Assembly: GCA_030390025.1 (NCBI GenBank)
Contig: CM059432.1
Span: 107,262,001 to 107,326,000 of the forward strand
DNA: 64,000 nucleotides
Direction of reading: 5' to 3'
From: Squalus acanthias
Lineage: Eukaryota
In this document: piece after piece, positions 55,298-64,000 of the stretch
Layout of the letters: every line of letters starts with the position of its first letter
Position numbering within the stretch: position 1 is the stretch's first letter
Translations under genes and position numbers: made by a program
The notes under the pieces: generated by a model
Databases searched by the model: none
What the model saw: only the letters and a program-made list of their open reading frames with translations
What the model was told of the DNA's origin: nothing

Positions 55298-57030
55298 CAT
55301 TTTTTTGCATCCAAGTCCTCTCACAGCAAAGGCCAGGCAGTCTCTGAACACATTCAATGCAGCAGCATCAGAGGCGACTACTACTACCTTCATCACATCT
55401 CCGTTGCAATAGTGGACCTGCAGCTCATAGTCAGCTATCCACTTGTGCTCCCGCCAGGTTTCACTGGAGTGTTTCACACCAGGCGTACTTCACGTCAGAA
55501 AAGGGTTAAACTAGCTGAAACGTTTCAAAATGGCATTACAGAGCCAATTTAGGGCTTGTTAAGGGCTTTAATGGCCTCTCCCGCCTCTTGGAGGCGGGAC
55601 GGAGTCGGGAACACCGCGACTGATTTTGTCAAAATTGCGTGGAGGCGGGATGGAGTCGGGATGGGGTCGGGACCCCCGACCCCGCAAATTTAACCACCCC
55701 ACGCCTCCAAACCCGAATCCATGGGTCATTCAAAATCCAGCCCTTAGGATAGGGTGATTGAACACCTCAAAAATTTTCAGTTTTCAGAGAGCCAGAATGG
55801 ATTTGTGAAAGGTAGGTCATGCCTGACAAATCTGATTGAATTTTTTGAGGAGGTGACTAAAGTAGTGGACAGGGGACTGTCTAGGGATGTTATTTACATG
55901 GACTTCCAGAAGGCATTTGATAAAGTCCCACATAAAAGACTGTTAACTAAGGTAGGAGCCCACGGAATTGAGGACAAATTATTGACCTGGTTAGGGATAG
56001 GTACTCCAATTGGCAGGATGTGACTCGTGGTGTCCTGCAGGGATCTGTGTTGGGACCTCAACTATACACAATATTTATTAACGACTTAGATGATGGCATA
56101 GATAGTCATATATCCAAATTTGCTGATGACACAAAGATAGGTGGCATTGTAGGCAGTGTAGATGAAAGCATAACATTACAAAGAGTCACAGATTAAATGA
56201 ATGGGCAAAACTGTGGTAAATGGATTTCAATGTAGGCAAATGTGAGGTCATCCACTTTGGACCTAAAAAAGGATAGAAAGGGTACTTTCTAAATGGTGAA
56301 AAGCTAGAAATAGTGGCTGTCCAAAGAGACTTGGGGGTCCAGGTACATAGATCATTAAAATGTCATGAACAGGTACAGAAAATAATTAAAAAGGGTAATG
56401 GAATGCTGGTCTTTATATCTAGAGGATTAGAATACAAGGGGGTATAAGTTATGCTGCAGCTATACAAAACCCTGGTTAGACCACACCTGGAGTACTGTGA
56501 GCAGTTCTGGGCACCACACCTTAGGAAGGATATATTGGCCTTGGAGGGAGTGCAGCGTAGGTTTACCAGAATGATTCCCGGACTGCAAGGGTTAAGTTAC
56601 AAGGAGAGATTACACAAATTAGGGTTGTATTCCCTAGAATTTAGAAGGTTTAAGGGGTGATCTGATCGAAGTTTTCAAGATATTAAGGGGAACAGATAGG
56701 GTAGATAGAGGAAAAGCTATTTCCGCTGGTTGGGGATTCTAGGACTAGGGGGTATAGTCTAAAAATTAGAGCCAGACCTTTCAGGAGTGAAATTAGGAAA
56801 CACTTCTACATGCAAAGGGTGGTAGAAGTTTGGAACTCTCTTCTGCTAACGGTAATTGATGCTAGATCAATTGTTAATTTTAAATTGGAGATTGACAGCT
56901 TTTTGTTAACCATATGTATTAAGGGATATGGGCCAAAGGCAGGTATATGAAGTTAGGTCGCAGATCAGCCATGATCTCATTGAATTGTGGAACAGGCTCG
57001 AGGGGCTGAATGGCCTCCTCCTGTTCCAAT
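53944..57030 (+). mobile_element. Decayed CR1 LINE (endonuclease end through 3' UTR) interrupted by a MITE
   Basis: ILDLVMSN..SDHNMI, KSPGPGGFHPRVLKE, QNGFVKGRSCL, DFQKAFDKV and FADD remnants. Confidence 0.9.
54960..55743 (+). mobile_element. Harbinger MITE, family GGGCTGGATTTT, copy 1
   Basis: TIRs GGGCTGGATTTTG / CAAAATCCAGCCC; TSD TTA; left arm homologous to the end of the element at 1-3976. Confidence 0.92.
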
Positions 57031-58771
57031 GTGAGAAGCAATAGTTCACCACTATTATCCGGTAATCTGGGGGAGGTGAGTGAAGTTGCTGATCTGCGAC
57101 ATTTGAAGTAGGAAATTACTATTGGTACTGGGCTGTTTGCTGCCAATATACTAGGGAACGAAGCAGTCTGGGAAAATCCAATCCTCTTTACTTTGTATAC
57201 TGTCCTGCGTCTGAAATGATGCACACAAAGGTACGGGTAAGTGGGTGTGTGTTTTCCATGCAAGGGTTAGGGTGCGTGGAGGTGTGCAGACTATTTGTAA
57301 CATACAAGATTCATTTTTGTGTCATGAAAACTGGGACTTGTTCAACAATCAGCATCTTTGAGCCCATTAGTGCTTCTTACTGTGTTTTCCTATCTAGTGC
57401 AGGCGATTATTTACATATTATAATTTGCACTAAATACTTTGGGCTAAAAATTCGATTGTGTAGAGCCTGTTGTTTAGGCACTACGGGTGCCATTTTGGGT
57501 CGAAAATGGCATCCGAGCAGCGCGTGAACACTTCTGGTGTGGGCGTTAGTGTAGGTGCTGGAAGTGTGCGCCGGAAGTATGCAGAGTTTGCATATTGTAA
57601 TGTCAATCAGCGTGTAACACTGATTTAATGCTATTTTCGACCTCAACGCTGGCACTTACGCCCTCTCTTAACCTCCCACAGCTAAACATGCATTCAGCAA
57701 TAGGAAGGACCCACCACCAGCGCTACTTAAAGGGATCATTACTTACTTACAGGTTAGTTGCTGATTGATTTCTACTAGCTGTTGCTGAATTTTTAGAACT
57801 GTTTGATGCTTTCTAGACTACTTTAAAGTTGCCTAAAGTCTACAAGGAGTGGTGTGGCATGTGCTCAAGGACTTGGTACTGACTTGCAAGGGGTTTGTTG
57901 AGAGCAGTTGCTCCCAGACATGGGTGCAGTAGTTTGTATCCCCCTTAGCCTGCAGCACGACAGGGAGAATGAGCAGAGGAGACACAGAGCAGGACAAGCT
58001 GCTAGAAAAGGCAGGAGGAGGAGGGGGAGAAGGGCTCTCAGCAGGAGGCCACATCCACCCAGGGTCTTCAGGAAGCAATTCTATTACCTCCAGCTTAGCA
58101 ACAAACCGTGTGTGCAACGTCTCCGTTTTACTAAGGAGGTGCTCACTGGAATCTGCCACCTGCTGCAGGCAGACCTGCCGCCTCAGTCCAGGGCGAGGAC
58201 GGCATTGCCAGTGGCTGTAAAGGTGACCGTGGCCTTGAACTTCTTCATGTCGGGTTCCTTCCAGGCTGGAGCAGGTGACATCTGTAACATCTCCCAGTTC
58301 GCTGTCCACTCCTGTATAAGGGAGGTGTGAGGCTCTGTATGCAAAGAAAGCTGAATACATTTCATTCTCTCTTGCCAGAGAGAAGCAGGCAGAGCGAGCA
58401 CGTAGCTTCATCAGGATAGCAGACTTCCCCATGGTTCAGGGTGCTATTGACTGCATGCACGCTGCTTTGTGGGTGCCGCATGTGAATTCGGAGATGTACC
58501 GCAATCGGAAGGGATTCCACTCCCTCGGTGTCCAGCTGGTGTGCGACCATACTCAGCGCATCATGCAGGTCAATGCTTGGTATCCTGGCAGCAGTCATGA
58601 TGTCTTCATTCTGCGGCAGTACCATCAACATTTGAGCCACCACGACAAACCAGAGGGTGGCTACTGGGTGACAAAGGCTACCTGCTGACCACCTGGCTCA
58701 TAACTCCACTGCACAACCCACGCACAAATGGGCACCATGCATACAATGAAAGGCATTCTGCCACACGGAAG

Positions 58772-60305
58772 CATAGAATCATAGAATGGTTACAGCATGG
58801 AAGACGGCCATTCGGCCGTCGAGCCCGTGCCGGCTCTCAGCTAGTCCCACTCTTTCCCCTTTCCCCATAGCCCTGCAAATTTTTTACCTTCAGATTCTTA
58901 TCCAACTCTCTTTTGAAAGATTGAGTCTGCCTCCACTACCCTTTCAGGCAGTGCATTCCAGATCTTAACCACTCGCTGCGTAAAAAAGTTTTTCCTTACT
59001 TCGTCTTTGGTTCTTTTGGCAATCACCTTAAATCTGTGTCCTCTGGTTCTCGACCCTTCTGCCAATGGGAACAGTTTGTCTCTATCTACTCTGTCCAGAC
59101 CCCTCATGATTTTGAATAACCTCTATCAAATCTCCTCTCAATCTTCTCTGCTCCATGGAGAACAACCCCAGCTTCTCCAGTCTATCAACGTAACTGAAGT
59201 CCCTCATTCCTGGAATCATTCTCGTAAATCTTTTCTGCACCTTCTCTAAGGCCTTTACATCCTGCCAAAAGTGCGGTGCCCAGAATTGGACACAGTACTC
59301 CAGTTGGGGCCGAACCAGTGTTTTATACAGGTTCATCATAATTTCCACATTTTTGTACTCTATGGGCTGGATTTTGATACTGGGGTGGGTTGGGGTCGTG
59401 TCATCCACTTTTCGTGTTATCCACCCAACTGCAATTGGATGTGGGAGATTGATGCAATTTTCACCTAATTGGGCAATTGAGTTTCAGCATGTGGGAACCC
59501 ATGAACCAATTAGTGTTTTCAGTCTGAAAGTCGCCTCTGATGATGTCATCATTGCTGCTGCATTGAAGGTCTTCAGAGACCCTGGCCTTTGCTGTGAGAG
59601 GATCTGGATGCAAAATGAGCAGCAGCAGCCCTAGGTCTGCTCCCAGATATTTTTACACCACCACTCCCAGATATGTCTCTTCCCCATCCATATATGCATC
59701 CCCATAGCCAGCCAGCCAGCCAAATGTGCTCCCGCCAGGTTTCACATTCGTGGTTCAGAACAGGCGTGCTTCACGTAGAAAAAGGGTTACAATCACAAAA
59801 GCCTTTCAAAATGGCATTATAGAGGCAATTTAGTGCTTGTTAAGGGCCTTAACAGCCTATCCCGCCCCTTAGAGGCGGGACGGAGTTGGGACCAGCAGAC
59901 ACGATTTAATGAAAATTGCGTGGAGGCGGGCTTGTGCCCGCCCGCCAGTTTTCGCAATTTTAACACCCCACACGCCTCCAAACCCACCTCCACGGGTCAA
60001 TGAAAATCCAGCCCTATACCTCTATTCATGAAGCCCAGGATCTCGTAAGCCTTTGTAACTGCTTTATCAACCTGCCCTGCCACCTTCAACGATTTGTGCA
60101 CACATACCCCCAGGTCTCTCTGTTCGTGCATCCCCTTTAGGATTGTACCATTTACTTTATATGTCCTCTCCTCATTCTTTCTACCAAAATGTATCACTTC
60201 ACACTTTTCTGCGTTAAATTTCGTCTGCCACGTGTCCGCCCATTTCACCAGCCTGTCTATGTCTTCCTGAAATCTATCACTCTCCTCCTCACTGTTTACT
60301 ATATC
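58772..60305 (-). mobile_element. CR1 3' fragment inserted in the Harbinger transposase, itself split by a MITE
   Basis: ORFs 59997..60248, 59082..59408 and 58898..59107; tail CATAGAATCATAGAA. Confidence 0.92.
59364..60014 (+). mobile_element. Harbinger MITE, family GGGCTGGATTTT, copy 2
   Basis: TIRs GGGCTGGATTTT / AAAATCCAGCCC; TSD TAT; the CR1 reads GTACTCTAT|ACCTCTATT across it. Confidence 0.92.
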
Positions 60306-63184
60306 TGATAGAGCAGACCATTGGCATCTTTAAACAACACTTCCGCTGCCTGGACCACTCTGGAGGAGCCATGCAGTGCTCGCCAGAGTGTGTCTCAAGA
60401 TTCATCGTGGTCTGCTTCATGCTCCACAACTTCGCCATCATGGGGGGCACAGCCCTTGCCACCACGCATACGGCGACCAGCTGAGGAGGAGCAGGAGGTG
60501 GAGGAGGAAGTGGAAGAGGAGGAGGAAGAAAGGAGGAGGCAACCAGACAGCCTCTTTCTGGGCGGGCTGTCTGGGATCGACTCACCCGACTGTGGTACCA
60601 GTGAATGTAACCCCAATTCCTCAATCACCAATAGCCCCACACCTTACCTTCTGTGTGTTACTGACCATTACAGCGTCCTCTTGGCCACAATGCTACAATA
60701 AAAGCCACCAGAAAACAAAGATTCCAAACCAATTTTATGAATCAAACCATTTCAATATTTCATTCAACAGTCAACTAATCACCCTTATGCATTCCCTTAG
60801 TGCCTGTCTTCAGTGTGCCTTTGCCTGTCCTAGTGCTCCTACGAAGTGCTACCCCAGTGGCTGCAGCATATCTGGTGGAAGGCTGCTGACTTTCAGTGGG
60901 AGGAGACTGCAGATGACCTTGCAGGATGCTCTCGAACAAAGCCTTAGCAATCCTAGTAATCTGCTGGAGGACAGATTGCTGGACTGCTGTGACACTCTGC
61001 AATCCCCTTTCAACACTGCTAACCGCAGCCATGAATGCAGCTGTCTGAGCTTGCGTGACAGCAAGCTGAGCTTGCATGACTTCAGTCTGAGCCTCCATTG
61101 CAGCACTCAGATGTTAGGTGGCTTGTGCTTGTGCTGCAATGGAAGCTGAGACATCGGCCGTCAGACGCTACATGATGATTGGGTCCACAAGTGTGCTAAT
61201 AGATCTGCCCACCCCTTCCATGCTGGAAAAGATGGGCTACAAGCTTTGCGCAAAGCCCTGTGCAAGATTGGAGCTGGACTCCTCCATACTCCTTGACATT
61301 GCACTTAGGCTTTCTGGCAGACCTGCCAATGCACCAAGCATTTCATTGTGAATACCCATCAGCTTTGTTCTGTAGGCCGCCCCATCGAAGTCCTCACCTG
61401 AGTCCTCTGCAGCAGAACTCACGTGCGTCCTTGCCCTCTGGGGAGCTGGTACCTGCACTACCCTTTCCTCCTGCCCTGGCTGTAGCCCACTCATGCCCAA
61501 TGTCTCACCATGTGCAGATCCCGCCTCTAAGCTACCCTCTAAAGTCTGCGCAGTGCCAGTATCTGAGATGGTGGCTGCGAGTGTCAGATCGAGTGACAGT
61601 GTTTCTTCTTCATCATCACTCTCCTCTTCCTCTTCAACCACTGCTTGGCCAGACTGGATTTCTTGGGTCTCTGAAATGAGAAAGGCACAAGGGTAGGGTT
61701 GTGGTGAGGGGAGGTGGGGGGGCGGGGGCGCAGGGAAGCATGAGGTGCATGCTTACACCATCTGTGGCTTGTAAATCACAAGAGATTGTGGGATGAGTGG
61801 GAAGTGGGATGCGAGAAGAAGGATTAGGTATGAGGATACCGTCATGTTCAATGGTGTTAGCGCTGCCGCTGGCCACGGCCTCAATCACAACCACTCTAAT
61901 TATGCTGAGCATCGTCTCCTTGAGCGGGGTCAGGATATGGAGGCATGCCTGTCCCCCTCCGGTTAGCTACCACTGACTACAGTTGTGTGCCACCTTGTCC
62001 TGCAAGAGAGAGGGAAGTGTGTCAGTGAGTGTGGTGCAATGTGTTAGGCTGATGTGGCTGTCATGCTTGAATAGCTAGCAGTGTGTGCAAGTTGTGAGAT
62101 GTACGTGTGAGGCTTGCAGCAGTGGTAAGTGTGTGAGGGTGAAATGGAGCATATGAATGTGAGGTATTAGTCGTGATTGATTGAGATTGTTGGTAGGTGG
62201 CCAATGGGGGTGTGGTGAATTGAGCAGTGTGTGGTGCAATTTCTGGGATATGGCATTTGAAGATGCATTCACTCATCCTGACCAGTCGTATGAGGTCCGG
62301 CACTGCCTCCAGGTCCTCAGTGCAACACTGTTGGCATTGACCTCCATGGCTATCTGCTCCCACTGCCTTTGCAGTGTCTGTCTGGAGGGTCTCCTGGCCC
62401 CCTGTGGAAACAGGACCTCTCTCCTCCTCTCCATCTCTTGTACTAAGGCCTCCAGAGCTGCATCTGGAACCTTGGAGCCCTCTCTCTGGCCTGTTGTGCC
62501 ATTGCTGAATGTTTCCCAGTTGAAACTGCCTTCTGGAATGACTTCCAGCACCAGGTTTCATCAAACTGCACCTCACCTTTAAGAGGTGCAGGCTGGCTTT
62601 AATTGGTGCTAGCCTTGCATGAACTTGGGTCCCTTGCTGAGTGCGCAGCCATTCAGCAGCGCGTTTAGTGCTGGGCTGCACACCACTATCATTTAAATTA
62701 GCAGGCAGCACCACATTTGTATGCTGCCTGCATTACTTTGAATGGGCGCGGGTTAACCTTACATCACGATCCCCGAACTATTTTGGGGACTATCGAATTT
62801 TAGCCCAATATATTTATAACATAACTTTACTCTCTTGTATTTCCTGAAAATTGAGATCCTTGTAAATCATACGTTCTTTGTCTTTCTAAAGCATTGTGTC
62901 GGACTATTGACCATTTAGCTGCTATAAGGTGCAGCAGTCAATGTCTGAATCCATTGGCCCAGCAGAAAAACAGGTTAGCAGCTGCACATTACATCACCAA
63001 TCGGTTTGACAGGAGACTCCATCATCACATCACTTAACAATTGAGGCTAAAAATTAAGGATCTTCCTGCAAGGATGGGGCTTTGATGCTTAAAATGATAT
63101 CTAAATGTTTCAACCATAAAGATAGAATTAAAGAAATTGAGATTAACGTCACATTAGAATTGCTAGACAAAAAAGACCAAGGTC

Positions 63185-63411
63185 CATAAGAACATAAGAA
63201 ATAGGAGCAGGAGTAGGCCATATGATCCCTCGAGTCTGCTCCGCCATTTAATAAGATCATGGTTGAGCTTCTACATCAACTTCACTTTCCCACCCTATCC
63301 CCATATCCCTTGATTCCCTTAGTGTCCAAGAATCTATCGATCTCAGTCTTGGATATACTCAACGACTGAGCATCCACAGCCCTCTGGGGTAGAGAATTCC
63401 AAAGATTCACA
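63185..63411 (-). mobile_element. CR1 3' tip
   Basis: Tail CATAAGAACATAAGAA followed by a CR1 3' UTR like those at 480 and 6690. Confidence 0.85.
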
Positions 63412-64000
63412 TTCTACCATCCTGGTTCATGATACGATAATGGGGTTGTTGACTAATCATAGCAATCAATCTCAATCAATTAGTCTACAACGCACCCAGA
63501 CATGATGTGAGGAAAATCCCCAGTGGTGGAGAGCTTTGGGAACCATAGGTTCAAAGTCACCTGTTCCTCCCAAGCATGTCATGTCTCAAATTACTCATAT
63601 ATTGTATCCCAAAACGTTATTTTTTGAAAGAAATCTATCCACAGCTTTAATAAATAATATCGAGACCGATTATTGAAAAGTTTATAAAGTTCTCACTACT
63701 GACACTTCTGTCCTTGAACCCCCTCGTCCACTCTAGAACAGCTGAGCTGTTGCCTCACAGCTCCATGTAAAGAGGACTCCTTCCAGCCTGCATTAAAGAC
63801 TTAGATAATGCTCGGACAATTCTCCCATGAATGATACATCAGTCATCCATTGTTGTTGTCCATGATTGTCCGTCCATTGATTTCAATAATGGCTTGTGGG
63901 CAGGAGAGTGGCAGGTCAGGCTTAGGAGTGGTCCCAAAGCAAGGAGGGAGCTGGCAGGAGGTAGATGGGACTCAACAGTGAGCCTGAGGCAAAGTGGACA

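Larger units (their letters stand above)
57441..62806. mobile_element. Near full-length decayed Harbinger (same family as 35226-40098): transposase (+, about 57920-60600, split by a CR1) and Myb/SANT gene (-, about 60775-62480)
   Basis: TIRs GGGCTAAAAATTCGAT / [75 protein letters not shown]...RTWRQCR. Confidence 0.9.

Noticed and set aside
53644..64000. Further upstream collagen exons
   Set aside because: I found no Gly-X-Y or splice-consistent exon by eye; a short non-collagenous exon could have been missed

Overview
Vertebrate genomic DNA, most likely from a cartilaginous fish (inferred from the SINE and CR1 repertoire). The host gene is on the minus strand. I traced 17 GT-AG exons (53643 down to 4672; 1155 coding bp, 385 aa) that splice in frame into the C-terminal collagenous region, trimerization domain and hinge of a multiplexin collagen, best matching COL15A1. 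The endostatin/restin exons lie off the left edge and the upstream exons were not found in the window. Most of the remaining sequence is intronic transposable elements: many CR1 LINEs (one with an uninterrupted 5'-truncated ORF2, several nested); four large two-gene-type PIF/Harbinger elements (HARBI1-like transposase plus an intron-containing Myb/SANT gene, all decayed or partial) and their MITEs with 3-bp TSDs; a Penelope-like GIY-YIG fragment carrying a minimal hammerhead ribozyme and a perfect 33-bp fold-back at its 5' junction; tRNA-headed DeuSINE-like SINEs; L2 and R2-like fragments; one hAT-like MITE; and several minisatellites. I see no clearly new biological system. The best leads are the ribozyme and fold-back structure, an exact 128-bp local templated duplication, a candidate poison exon, and TE pairs bracketing symmetric collagen exons. 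TE boundaries without TIR/TSD evidence are approximate.
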